Origin: an uncultured virus (IMG/VR IMGVR_UViG_3300046513_000233)
Taxonomy: Duplodnaviria; Heunggongvirae; Uroviricota; Caudoviricetes
Length of the DNA stretch: 64,000 bases
Strand: one strand, 5' to 3'
Virus record (IMG/VR): IMGVR_UViG_3300046513_000233
A program made the translations under genes and the position numbers. The first letter of the stretch is position 1, and every line of letters begins with the position of its first letter. Shown here in pieces: positions 1 through 9,182 of the stretch. The notes beneath the pieces are model-generated. The model saw only the letters and a program-made list of their open reading frames with translations, was not told the DNA's origin and did no database searches.

Positions 1-51
1 GTTACGCATAGAGATTTAGACGACGATATTCCATTTTAACGAGGACTCATT

Positions 52-321
52 ATGGCCACCCACGAAGTCAAATCATGGTCGCACTTCTTCGACGCAATCG
101 AGAGCGGCCACAAGAAGCACGACCTACGCAAGAACGATCGCAACTTTAAGATTGGCGACACGCTGCGACTCCGGCGCTACGACAACATCAATGGCATGTT
201 CACCGGCCAGAGCATTGACCGCAAGGTTACCTACATCACGAGTCGCGACGTGCCGTGTGCGTTCTCTAGCGCGGTGTTGGAGTCGGATTACTGCATTTTG
301 AGTCTGGGGGACGCGAGGTGA
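52..321 (+). CDS. ASCH/PUA-like (DUF3850) protein
   Basis: HEVK..FFDAI.SG.KK.DLRKNDRNFKIGD.L.L motif; GAGG RBS. Confidence 0.8.
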   Translation: MATHEVKSWSHFFDAIESGHKKHDLRKNDRNFKIGDTLRLRRYDNINGMFTGQSIDRKVTYITSRDVPCAFSSAVLESDYCILSLGDAR

Positions 322-548
322 AACCCGTACCATTCGACGGAATGAACAAGGTCTACACCGCGCCGAAGAATTGGGACGCGGCCACGATGGGCAAGTGCAT
401 TGATTTGCCGGTGAGAGAAGAGAACGGCGCGATTACGTCCTGCTATGAGCTAGACTCCGACGACCTGTACCGACTTGGCGCCGGAGGCAAGCTCTACTTC
501 ACCGTTTACGCGCCAGTGCAGCCGGTTGTTAGTTGGGAAATCAAGTGA
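318..548 (+). CDS. hypothetical phage protein
   Basis: ORF coupled to the upstream stop (GTGA). Confidence 0.6.
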   Translation: MKPVPFDGMNKVYTAPKNWDAATMGKCIDLPVREENGAITSCYELDSDDLYRLGAGGKLYFTVYAPVQPVVSWEIK

Positions 549-753
549 CCATGCTCGAACTGCGACAACCTTTGTGGATGACGACACCGCACGGCGAAGC
601 GATGGCAATCATCCTCACCGACTACGGCGCGGAGTCAGATCATTTATGGACGTGCATTCAGCAGGAAGAGCCGCATGTTGGCGAGTTGTGGAGTTGGCAC
701 AACAGCGAAGTTCGCGTGCTGGCCAATCGATCAATGTTGAGAGGGAGTCCAGC

Positions 754-1005
754 ATGAAGCCTCAAGACCTAGCCACTCGTTGCATCGATTCAATCGACTT
801 CGCGAGAGAGACAGAATTGCCGATGGAAGAGGCCGCGATTACTCTAACCTTGCCGAAGGGTTGGAAGCCTCCGCTTAAGTTCCCGCGTGGCTATCTCGCT
901 CAAGTTAGATCGGATGGCAGCAAAATTAGAATCTTCAAAGCCATGAACGTTCTAGCGTGGCTAGCCGGCAACGATCTTATTAACTTGGAAGTGAATCCGA
1001 CATGA
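754..1005 (+). CDS. hypothetical protein
   Basis: GGAG RBS, ATGA overlap with upstream ORF. Confidence 0.55.
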   Translation: MKPQDLATRCIDSIDFARETELPMEEAAITLTLPKGWKPPLKFPRGYLAQVRSDGSKIRIFKAMNVLAWLAGNDLINLEVNPT

Positions 1006-1250
1006 ACGCGCCAGCCAACGATAACAACCCGCGGTGGCCACGCGGGCTTTCGCGATTGCGCGCTGCTGCCTACGTCGGAGTGACGCCGCAAGCGTTCGAC
1101 AGAATGGTTCTGTCGGAGGAGATGCCGAAGCCAAAACAGATTGGCGGGGTTCGGCGCTGGGATAAGCTGGCCGTCGATAGGTGCTTTGATGCGCTGTTCA
1201 ATACGCAGACTGACTTCGCAGGCGAAGAAGTCTACGATTTTGCCGCTTGA
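1002..1250 (+). CDS. excisionase / AlpA-like HTH protein
   Basis: PRGLSR..AAAYVGV....FD.MV....MPKP......RRWD motif; upstream of the integrase. Confidence 0.75.
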   Translation: MNAPANDNNPRWPRGLSRLRAAAYVGVTPQAFDRMVLSEEMPKPKQIGGVRRWDKLAVDRCFDALFNTQTDFAGEEVYDFAA

Positions 1251-1275
1251 CTCGTAGGGCGAATCGCCCTATTAA
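1247..1275 (+). promoter_or_regulatory. Promoter/operator repeat copy 1 (TTGACT, GTAGGGC-gaatc-GCCCTAT)
   Basis: -35 TTGACT at 1247, palindrome 1254-1272, -10 TATTAA at 17-bp spacing. Confidence 0.75.
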
Positions 1276-1300
1276 GGGTGAGCAGCAAGGGATGGCTCCA

Positions 1301-1528
1301 ATGACAACCCAGTACGAAGCCGGAAAGAATGCCCGCCTTAGCGGCGCCAAGTCGGACGCTAATCCGCACCGCGGCGAAGTTGTCCGCGGTATTCAGCGTT
1401 ACATGGCCGGCCAAGAGCAGGACGGTTCTGATTGGGCAGTCGGATGGCGCGATCAGAATGACTCAATGTCAAAACAGTTTCCAGCCGTCTCTTCTTTCCG
1501 TCGCAAGCAAAATAGGTATTACAAATGA
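1301..1528 (+). CDS. Rmf/CrpP-like small protein
   Basis: YEAGKNA..SG....NPH...W.VGW pattern; start codon uncertain (1292 or 1301). Confidence 0.5.
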   Translation: MTTQYEAGKNARLSGAKSDANPHRGEVVRGIQRYMAGQEQDGSDWAVGWRDQNDSMSKQFPAVSSFRRKQNRYYK

Positions 1529-1725
1529 ACAAGACGGCATCGGCCAGAAAGAACGGCGTGTGTGGCTACAAGGCTGTTGTTGTGTACGATGGCCGCACGC
1601 ACATACCGATTCAAAAGAATTTTAAAACTCGCGTTGAAGCGGTGGCGTACGCTCAAAAATGGATTGATGCCAACGACAGTCGTCCCGTTGGAGTTAGAAG
1701 CGAAAAGGTTACGGTAGGCAAATGA
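1525..1725 (+). CDS. hypothetical protein
   Basis: ATGA-coupled ORF. Confidence 0.5.
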   Translation: MNKTASARKNGVCGYKAVVVYDGRTHIPIQKNFKTRVEAVAYAQKWIDANDSRPVGVRSEKVTVGK

Positions 1726-1927
1726 TGACCGCGAGAAAATACACAAGGCGAGACGGAAAGCGGTTTGCACAAGAGGGCGAGTGCCCGAGCGCAGATATTC
1801 GCTTCGACAAATTTTCTGGCTGCGATTTCTATTGTAGCACATGCGGCGCACGTCATTGGGACGAGTGCAAGTTGCCGCCGGCAGCCCCGGTTTTTATGTA
1901 CGGCCAGATTTATCAGGAACAATCACA

Positions 1928-2155
1928 ATGAAATTCTATCAACTTCACCGCATCTGTGAGGGTGGGACCAGCGCAGGCTACGAATACTTCGCAAGTAGGC
2001 GCGAGGCCGAAAAGGCCCTAAACGTTTGGAGAAAGAACAGCCCCGGAGACGTAATAGACCAACAAGGCGACATTGAGCTAATCGATGTTGAGCCGACTCG
2101 GGTTGGAATTTTGCACGCTCTGAATCGCTACGCCAACCACGCTGATAACGGTTAG
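1928..2155 (+). CDS. hypothetical protein
   Basis: AGGA RBS and ATGA overlap (MKFYQLHR...). Confidence 0.55.
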   Translation: MKFYQLHRICEGGTSAGYEYFASRREAEKALNVWRKNSPGDVIDQQGDIELIDVEPTRVGILHALNRYANHADNG

Positions 2156-2161
2156 TTCACA

Positions 2162-3241
2162 ATGACCACCCGCCGCAAGCTGCCCAAATACATCACGTGC
2201 GACATCGGGCCGGACAAGAAAGAGCGATTCTATTTTCGCCGCCCAAAGAAGCCGAAGGTTCGCATTGAAGGCGTGCCGTGGACTCCAGCGTTCATGGCCC
2301 GTTGGGCCGCGGCGATGGGTGGCGAAAACGTTGTGGCGATCACACCCGGGCCGATCGTGCCGCGCAAGGTGAACGATTTCAATTGGCTTCTTGAACAGTA
2401 TTACGAAACTGGCGAGTGGAAGGGGCTTGACGACGCGTTGTCAAAGCCGATGCGTGGTCGCATTTATCGCCGCGTCGCTCGCATGCCGATCAAAGACGGC
2501 AGCAAGGTTCTCTTCGGTGACGTGCCGTTGACAGCTTGGAACCGGCAAGCTGTCCGCGCCATCCGCGACCGGCACGCCGAAACGCCAAGCATGTCAAACG
2601 AGATCGTGAAGGCGCTGCATGTTCTCTTTCGTTGGGCTGTCGACGCCGATCATATCGAGACGAATCCGGCTGCGGCCTTCCGTCGATTGAAGCCGAAGAA
2701 TGCTGACGGTCACCACACGTGGACTCTTGAGGAAGTCGAGACGTTCGAATCTACATGGGCCATGGGGACGCAAGAACGGCTAGCACTTGGCTTGCTGCTC
2801 TACACCGGGCAGCGGGCTTCCGACGTTCGGCAGTTCGGGCCGGAGCACGTGAAGCAGCACGAAGACGGCAAATGGTTGGATTTCACGCAACACAAAAACA
2901 GGAATAGCAAGCCGGTTCATTTGCAAATCCCGCTTCGTCCGGAGCTTGAAAAATTGATTGATGGAATTGAAACGAAGACGTTTCTGGCTCAAGCGAGCGG
3001 CAAGCCTCACACGCGGGCGAGCTTCACCGAGTTTTTCGCGGGCGCCTGCATAGCTGCGAACGTCCCCGGCCGATCGCACGGCTTGCGAAAGGCTGCAGCA
3101 ACCCGGCTTGCCGACAACAGCGCGACCGAAAAGGAAATTATGTCTATCACCGGACACACGACCATGAAGGAAGTTGAGCGCTACACGAAGGCCGCCAATC
3201 AGAAGAAGCTTGCTGCGGCTGCAACAAAGAGGGGTGCGTGA
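2162..3241 (+). CDS. int: tyrosine recombinase / phage integrase
   Basis: LLYTGQRASD (R), HGLRKA (HxxR), ITGHTT (H) and ERYT (Y) catalytic motifs; N-terminal arm-binding region. Confidence 0.95.
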   Translation: MTTRRKLPKYITCDIGPDKKERFYFRRPKKPKVRIEGVPWTPAFMARWAAAMGGENVVAITPGPIVPRKVNDFNWLLEQYYETGEWKGLDDALSKPMRGRIYRRVARMPIKDGSKVLFGDVPLTAWNRQAVRAIRDRHAETPSMSNEIVKALHVLFRWAVDADHIETNPAAAFRRLKPKNADGHHTWTLEEVETFESTWAMGTQERLALGLLLYTGQRASDVRQFGPEHVKQHEDGKWLDFTQHKNRNSKPVHLQIPLRPELEKLIDGIETKTFLAQASGKPHTRASFTEFFAGACIAANVPGRSHGLRKAAATRLADNSATEKEIMSITGHTTMKEVERYTKAANQKKLAAAATKRGA

Positions 3242-4336
3242 TGTACGACAAAAACGACCACCTGATGAAGACCAAGGAACGGCTAGACAAAGCTACTAAA
3301 GCTTACGCGTCGGCACAAACGGAATTCATTGAAGCCCAGCGCATACACCGGGACGCTTGGCGGGAACTCACGAGGGAGATTCATTAATGCCCAGACGTAT
3401 CCCGATCGCTACCGCGAAGGCGGTAGCCGAAAAACACGACCTGAAGCAGGTTCTCTTGATCGGCTGGGATGGTGAGCGGACTCACGTCGTCACCTACGGC
3501 AAGACCAAGGCGGATTGCGAGGCAGCCGCCAAGGCGCAAGATTTTTGGACCGGGAAGATTCGAGAGTTTTCGTTTGTGAGTGGCAGTGATGGGCAATCAG
3601 TCACGAAGTGAGGGAATGATGGACCTTTTGAGCGCTGAAAAAATCACATATCGCGGCAAGTTTCTTATCGATCTTTCGAGGGAGGAGTTGATCGATGCCC
3701 TGATGTATACGATCAAGTATATCGAAAAACAAAATCGGTGGCCTGCTAGCGGCTTAACAGTATCCGCCAGTTCTCTTAGTCAGCCACTACCTCGCTCTCC
3801 CTGAGGAATCGAGCATGACCAAACAAGAAGCTAAAGAGTTTTTTGCACGTAACCCGCAAGGGCTTCGAGATATTGAAAAATTGAGAGAGTCCGGTACGCT
3901 AGAAAAGTTGGATTCATACTATCTCATGGGCCGAGCCGCTAACGAACAAGATGGATTGGTGAACTGCGTCCCGGCGTTCCACGCCCTATACTCCCTGAGG
4001 AAGCCCCGATGACCGAACACAACAAGCCAGAAGACGACGATTGGGCGCACGGAGTGTTTTGGTTCCCCAAATACGGCGGGGTTGTTAAATTCATCCGAGG
4101 TAGGCGCCCAGACGATGCGACCCCGATCAAGGCGGAAGTCGCACCTTATCCGCTGATCTCAGAAGATGAGACTCCATGAGCAAGGAGCGCTGAAGTGAGA
4201 ATGATATTCGTATTCGCTACCGGACTGTTCTTCGGCTGGCTCATTGCCAACTACACCGAGCCGCCGAAAGAGGTCGTCCGCGCCAATCTGGCCGACCTAT
4301 ATCATTCACTTACTCGCTCTCCCTGAGGAACCGCCC

Positions 4337-4804
4337 ATGAACTGCCCCAAATGCAATGAGCCCTGCGACCGGGTCGAAGTCGACATTGGAGTCGGGGTCG
4401 AATGCGGCCCCTACGGCTGCCCGGGGTGTGGTTGGTCCGAGTACGAGCGATACGACCTGTCGGACGGAAAGAGCCCTGTAGACGCCCGGGGCGGGGCTAT
4501 AGACCAGTTTGGCTGCTACCATCCGCCCGGCAGTTCAATGGCGCTAGCGTATCGGTTGGCGGACACACCCTGCGGGTGGCGGGACGGAACCCATATCCCC
4601 TTGGCGGCTGCTGGCCTTCGCTCCACCGACCCCATCACCGTCAACGTGACCACGGAGGGGACGATAACCGGGCCGGTAGCAGAAGTTGACATGGCGGCTT
4701 CGTATACGATCGAAGCCACACTGAACGGGAAGACTTACCAGTGGACCGGGCAGAGGCCAAAGCCCCACGGAGACGGGTTCATTTTTCGATTTAAGGCCAC
4801 CTAA
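4337..4804 (+). CDS. Zn-finger hypothetical protein
   Basis: CPKC...CPGC; GAGG RBS. Confidence 0.5.
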   Translation: MNCPKCNEPCDRVEVDIGVGVECGPYGCPGCGWSEYERYDLSDGKSPVDARGGAIDQFGCYHPPGSSMALAYRLADTPCGWRDGTHIPLAAAGLRSTDPITVNVTTEGTITGPVAEVDMAASYTIEATLNGKTYQWTGQRPKPHGDGFIFRFKAT

Positions 4805-5020
4805 ATTGTCCAATAGCCAAAAGCAGCTTGGACAAAACGCAAAAAACCTCAATGTTTTTCGTATGATGTAATACCTCCGTCATACCCTATCGGTAATGCA
4901 GCCCATTGATTTCACTGAAGTTTTAAGCCTCTTGGACAATTTTTCCTATATTGAATTTCCAAGACATCTTGAAAAGTAGTCCAAGACGAAAACGGCGCTT
5001 GTCTATCTTGTCCCAGACGA
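4805..5020. other. putative attP region
   Basis: AT-rich noncoding gap downstream of int with repeated TTGTCCAA/TTGGACAA-type boxes (4806, 4828, 4932, 4979, 5008) flanking a central segment. Confidence 0.55.
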
Positions 5021-5100
5021 TGGCGCAATGAAGGTCTCTGTCAGAAATTTGCATCGTATTTCTTACTGAGCTAGCCTCTCGCTTTCAGCGAGGATTCCGC

Positions 5101-5445
5101 ATGCGTATCGCCTTGGTTGTCGCCACCCTTGCCGCCACGATCGCGCCAGCACTCGCGGATCAGGCCGCGGCCGATCAGTGGCTAGCCGAACAGCGGGCGA
5201 AGATTGCCGTAATGCGAGCCGATACGGTCAAGCGTGAGGCCGATCAAAAGGCGCTGTGCGATCGGCTAGGCGGGGTGAAGATCGGGCAGACGGCCGAAGG
5301 CGTCCGCAAGTCATGCTGGGGCAAGCCAGCCCGGGTCAATGAGACCCTGACAGCCGGCCACCGGCACGAGCAGTGGGTTTATGGAACCGGCCATTACGTC
5401 TACCTGACAGACGGCATCGTCACAGCCGCTCAGGCGGCCCGCTAG
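5101..5445 (+). CDS. exported small protein (signal peptide, WGKP..V....EQWVY motif)
   Basis: Hydrophobic N-terminus ending ALA; SmpA/BamE-like pattern. Confidence 0.55.
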   Translation: MRIALVVATLAATIAPALADQAAADQWLAEQRAKIAVMRADTVKREADQKALCDRLGGVKIGQTAEGVRKSCWGKPARVNETLTAGHRHEQWVYGTGHYVYLTDGIVTAAQAAR

Positions 5446-5637
5446 GGGCCTGTCGGTTTCGGGCACCGATGTAGCTCCCGGGGCGGATTAACGTCCCCAG
5501 CCTCCGCGCTGCCAGATGGCGGCCCGAAAATCATTCCCGCCCACATCCACGCCGCGAGAGCAGCCCCGGCGCTAATCCCAATCCAGAATCCAGCCGTTCG
5601 TACCCATGGTTTGTTCACGCCGCCCCCTACTCGTTAA

Positions 5638-5731
5638 GGTAGCGGTAGCAGATACATCGGGTACACGCTAGCTATTTTCGCTACATGGGGCTTGCTTTGC
5701 GGCGCGCGATCGTGTAGCTATTCTAGCGACA
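5638..5731. promoter_or_regulatory. three type-2 operator boxes TGTNGC-N7-GCNACA
   Basis: GGTAGC-N7-GATACA (5638), GCTAGC-N7-GCTACA (5667), TGTAGC-N7-GCGACA (5713). Confidence 0.6.
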
Positions 5732-5751
5732 CTGGAATCGGGGGAACGAAA

Positions 5752-5988
5752 ATGGCAATCGAATATCGGACGGTTGATCGTCACGGCAAAGGCACTCTGG
5801 ACCTTGAACGCTCCGTTCATTCAGATGGTGCCGATTGGCGCAACTGGCGTCTCGTGGCCGGTGCGATGCCGGCAGCGATTGCTAGCCTGCGTTGTGATTG
5901 CGGGAACGGCTTGCTCTCAGACGAAGAGCGGAAGATTCGTGAACTGGCTTGGTGGCGCTCCCGCAAGAAGCAGAAGGTTGCGGCATGA
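5752..5988 (+). CDS. hypothetical protein
   Basis: GGGG/GGAA RBS; C-terminal AA. Confidence 0.55.
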   Translation: MAIEYRTVDRHGKGTLDLERSVHSDGADWRNWRLVAGAMPAAIASLRCDCGNGLLSDEERKIRELAWWRSRKKQKVAA

Positions 5989-6155
5989 CCACACCATACG
6001 ACAACGGCTATCACGCCGGCCTCTTGAACGACCGCACCAACCCGCACGCGCTCTGGTCTCCGTCTTGGTTGCCTTGGCTTCTTGGCAACAGCCTTGGCCT
6101 AGACGTTCATTGTGCGATCGTCGAAGCCGTCTATTTGAGGAACATGGAAGAATGA
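5985..6155 (+). CDS. Rmf/CrpP-like small protein
   Basis: YDNGYHAG.....NPH....W..WL.G. Confidence 0.45.
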   Translation: MTTPYDNGYHAGLLNDRTNPHALWSPSWLPWLLGNSLGLDVHCAIVEAVYLRNMEE

Positions 6156-6308
6156 GCGTCTGGAAAGAACCAACAACCGTAACTATCCGTCGAGTCAACG
6201 GCCGGTGGTTGATCTTCAATAGCAAGGGCGTTCGCGTCGACAGCAAGGCTCTGTTTAAAGACGCCGACAAGGCCGCAAAAAGATTGTTTCCGGACTCGAA
6301 GATAGTTG

Positions 6309-6337
6309 TTGATTGATAGGGCGTGCCGCCCTATGGT
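6309..6337 (+). promoter_or_regulatory. Promoter/operator repeat copy 2
   Basis: TTGATT-g-ATAGGGC-gtgcc-GCCCTAT, -10 TATGGT at 17 bp. Confidence 0.85.
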
Positions 6338-6366
6338 CTGGTCATCGGCAAACGGGAGCGGCACCA

Positions 6367-6609
6367 ATGACCTTCACCAAGTGGCTTGAAACTTTCATCA
6401 ACGAAAAGGGCCTTGATCTTGAACAGGTGTTCACTGTCAACGGCAAGTCAGGCCCGAACTACATTCCCCTCGCTTGCGTGATCGAAGCAATCAAGAACGC
6501 ACCCGCTCACGAACAGGCCGGGATTAAGTCGATGGTGGTCAAGATCGATTTTCGTAACGGCGATGTCTGCCACTACTTCAAGCATCTGGCGCAAGCCATC
6601 GCGATCTAA
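6367..6609 (+). CDS. hypothetical phage protein
   Basis: GGAG RBS directly after the promoter repeat. Confidence 0.7.
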   Translation: MTFTKWLETFINEKGLDLEQVFTVNGKSGPNYIPLACVIEAIKNAPAHEQAGIKSMVVKIDFRNGDVCHYFKHLAQAIAI

Positions 6610-6624
6610 CCGGGGGATAGAGCA

Positions 6625-6903
6625 ATGATGAACACCGCAGAAAAAATCGAAACGATCGTTCTTTGCTACTTGCGCAGCCGCACCGCGCAAGGCACATGCG
6701 GCTCGTTGTTCGAATTCGAGCCCGGCCGCTACCGTGTCACCGCGGACGGTAAAACCTTCATCGTCTATCGCGAGACCATCGGTTGGTGTGTCCACTTCAA
6801 AGGCTTTCAAGGCGTCGACAGCGAACTGTACCTTGCCGCTTCCAACTCTCTTGACGGCGGTTCGCGCCGTGATGTTTCGACGATGGAAGCCGCCCTGTCA
6901 TGA
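6625..6903 (+). CDS. hypothetical protein
   Basis: ORF in operon. Confidence 0.55.
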   Translation: MMNTAEKIETIVLCYLRSRTAQGTCGSLFEFEPGRYRVTADGKTFIVYRETIGWCVHFKGFQGVDSELYLAASNSLDGGSRRDVSTMEAALS

Positions 6904-8210
6904 ATATGCATGTACCCACCCTGCAGCGCAGCCTTTCCGATGTCGTGTCGGAGTACGAGCACAAGCGCAGCCAAGCGCAGGCAGCGCTAGCCGAGTTCAA
7001 CGCGGCTGGCGATGCGCTCAAGATGGCGGCTACAATCGCGGGGACTTTTGGGCGGACTCAAATCGATACCGGCCACGTTTACGAGTCGGTTCTGTCGGAC
7101 AGCCTCTTGAAGTCGGCATGGCGCCACGTTTACGACGGGCTCAATATCGAACGGATTTGCAGCGCCAACGATAAGCGCCGATTCGATCAGGCGCTAGAGA
7201 AGCCGGAGCCGTTCACCCTCGAAAACATCCGCGCAACGTTCGGCCAGTTCATCTTAGACCCCCGCGGCAACATTTTGCGCGGACTTGCCGAAGTGTTTTG
7301 CAACCTTGATCCGGCATACAAGAGCCACGACAAGGTCAAGATTGGAGTTGCCGGCCTTCCCAAGCGGGTCATCATTCGTAGCGTTGGCAACTATGGCAGC
7401 TATGGGCGTGATCAGGTCGTTAACATCCTGAACGCTTTAGCGGCCTATCAGGGCAAGCCGCTAGTTGAGCATGACGAAGTTTCTGCGCTGCTTAGCGACG
7501 AATGCGCGTTGCTAGAGAACGGCGAAAAGCCATACGGCTACCGCGGCGCAATGGTCAAGGTAACCGCCCGCGGCGTTCGTCTCCGTCGCTTCGCCAACGG
7601 CAACGGACATTTGATTTTCGAACCCGAGACTCTGAAGGATATTAACCGAGCCCTCGCGGAATATTACGGAAACGTTCTGCCGGACACGACCGAAGAGAAG
7701 CCGGAAAAGACTCGGGCAAGCACCGCAGTTTCAAAAGACCTTCAGTATTACCCGACCCCGGCGAAGGTGGTTGAGACCGTGATTGCCGATCTTTATCCGA
7801 TCAAAGGCCAAAAGGTTCTAGAGCCCTCGTGCGGTTGCGGGCGGTTTATGGATGCTCTGCGAAAGGCTGGCGCAGATGTCTACGGAATCGAAGTCGACGC
7901 ACGTAGGGCCGCGGAAACGCGAGCCAAGGGGCATAGCGTGTTGCTGGCCAACTTCCTAGAAACTGTCCCGACTCCGATCTACGACCGAGTCGTGATGAAT
8001 CCGCCATTCTACGGCAAGCACTATGCAAAGCACGTTGAGCACGCCTTAAAGTTTCTGAATCCCGGTGGTGTTCTAACCGCAATCCTGCCGGCTACGGCTC
8101 GATACGATCATGGACTCCTTGATGGCCGGTGGTCTGATTTGCCGGTTGGTTCTTTCAGTGAGAGCGGAACCAACACCAACACAACTATTTTGAAGATGAC
8201 TGCAAAATAG
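6900..8210 (+). CDS. DUF4942-like domain plus SAM-dependent amino (N6-adenine) methyltransferase
   Basis: YYPTP, VLEPSCGCG (motif I), VVMNPPF (motif IV); RFANGNGHL.F upstream domain. Confidence 0.8.
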   Translation: MNMHVPTLQRSLSDVVSEYEHKRSQAQAALAEFNAAGDALKMAATIAGTFGRTQIDTGHVYESVLSDSLLKSAWRHVYDGLNIERICSANDKRRFDQALEKPEPFTLENIRATFGQFILDPRGNILRGLAEVFCNLDPAYKSHDKVKIGVAGLPKRVIIRSVGNYGSYGRDQVVNILNALAAYQGKPLVEHDEVSALLSDECALLENGEKPYGYRGAMVKVTARGVRLRRFANGNGHLIFEPETLKDINRALAEYYGNVLPDTTEEKPEKTRASTAVSKDLQYYPTPAKVVETVIADLYPIKGQKVLEPSCGCGRFMDALRKAGADVYGIEVDARRAAETRAKGHSVLLANFLETVPTPIYDRVVMNPPFYGKHYAKHVEHALKFLNPGGVLTAILPATARYDHGLLDGRWSDLPVGSFSESGTNTNTTILKMTAK

Positions 8211-8213
8211 GTG

Positions 8214-8242
8214 TTGACGTATAGGGCGTGTTGCCCTATCGT
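8214..8242 (+). promoter_or_regulatory. Promoter/operator repeat copy 3
   Basis: TTGACG-t-ATAGGGC-gtgtt-GCCCTAT, -10 TATCGT. Confidence 0.9.
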
Positions 8243-8268
8243 CTGGTCATTGAAACGGAGTTGAGCAG

Positions 8269-8484
8269 ATGACCAAGGCAGAGACCGCTTTCTACACCCG
8301 GGCACAGGCCGCAGGTGCCGCAGCTTTCGCCGCTGGCATCAAGTCTGCACCCTGCCTTGACCCGGCCGTTATGCCTCTGCTTCGCGAAGCTAACCCCACT
8401 GGAAAGATTGGCTGCAAACTCTCAACGGCTGTTTGGAAGGGTTGGGCCAACGGTTGGCACACCGCCAACCTTGCTTCGAATTAA
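8269..8484 (+). CDS. Rmf/CrpP-like small protein
   Basis: AQAAGAAAF.AG...AP.....WKGWANGW; GGAG RBS. Confidence 0.5.
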   Translation: MTKAETAFYTRAQAAGAAAFAAGIKSAPCLDPAVMPLLREANPTGKIGCKLSTAVWKGWANGWHTANLASN

Positions 8485-8493
8485 AAACAGTTG

Positions 8494-8522
8494 TTGACGT
8501 ATAGGGCGTACGGCCCTATATA
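8494..8522 (+). promoter_or_regulatory. Promoter/operator repeat copy 4
   Basis: TTGACG-t-ATAGGGC-gtacg-GCCCTAT, -10 TATATA. Confidence 0.9.
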
Positions 8523-8549
8523 AGAGACACACCGACCGGAGACGCGCAC

Positions 8550-8882
8550 ATGACCATCACCGCTCTTGAAGTTCTCACCCTCGCCCGCACCGCAGCCGAA
8601 GCCAAGGCGCTGGCTATCTGGGACCGCGACGGTAAGGAAGACCGCGGGTCATGCGGTAGCGCGATTATGTACCTAAAGGGCAATACGAAGCTTGCCAAAG
8701 AAGCGATCGCCCATGGCTTCGCGTCCGCTGGCGGAGACATTTCAGTTAAGCACTTCATCCCGGCCGGTGTCTGCAGCCAGAGCGCGGACATTTATCAGGA
8801 CTCAATGTCGGCATTCCGCGAAGTGCTGATTGCTTACGGCTACGAAAAGGCCATCAAAAAGTTTTGGACCTACATCGATTAG
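8550..8882 (+). CDS. hypothetical phage protein
   Basis: GGAG RBS after the promoter; DRGSCG...SQS motif. Confidence 0.7.
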   Translation: MTITALEVLTLARTAAEAKALAIWDRDGKEDRGSCGSAIMYLKGNTKLAKEAIAHGFASAGGDISVKHFIPAGVCSQSADIYQDSMSAFREVLIAYGYEKAIKKFWTYID

Positions 8883-8885
8883 TTG

Positions 8886-8914
8886 TTGACTCATAGGGCT
8901 CCTCGCCCTATGGT
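8886..8914 (+). promoter_or_regulatory. Promoter/operator repeat copy 5
   Basis: TTGACT-c-ATAGGGC-tcctc-GCCCTAT, -10 TATGGT. Confidence 0.9.
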
Positions 8915-8940
8915 CAATCATCAGAACAAAGGAACGCCAC

Positions 8941-9132
8941 ATGCTCTTCATCCACGAAAACACCAGCCGCGAAGAACTTGAAACCGCAGCCCGCGAAGCC
9001 GGCCTTCCGATCTTGGAAGACACCACCAAGCTTCGTCACAGCATTGTGGCTTGGATCGAAGCCGGCGACGAGTGCGGCGCGGAAAACGCCCTTGACGATT
9101 TCAACTACGTTGGCAGCCGCCATCACTACTGA
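8941..9132 (+). CDS. small acidic hypothetical protein
   Basis: AAGGA RBS after the promoter; E/D-rich. Confidence 0.7.
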   Translation: MLFIHENTSREELETAAREAGLPILEDTTKLRHSIVAWIEAGDECGAENALDDFNYVGSRHHY

Positions 9133-9182
9133 AACAGCCGGGGCGCAAATGCCCCACCACTTCCAACCAAAGAGGACTCCCC

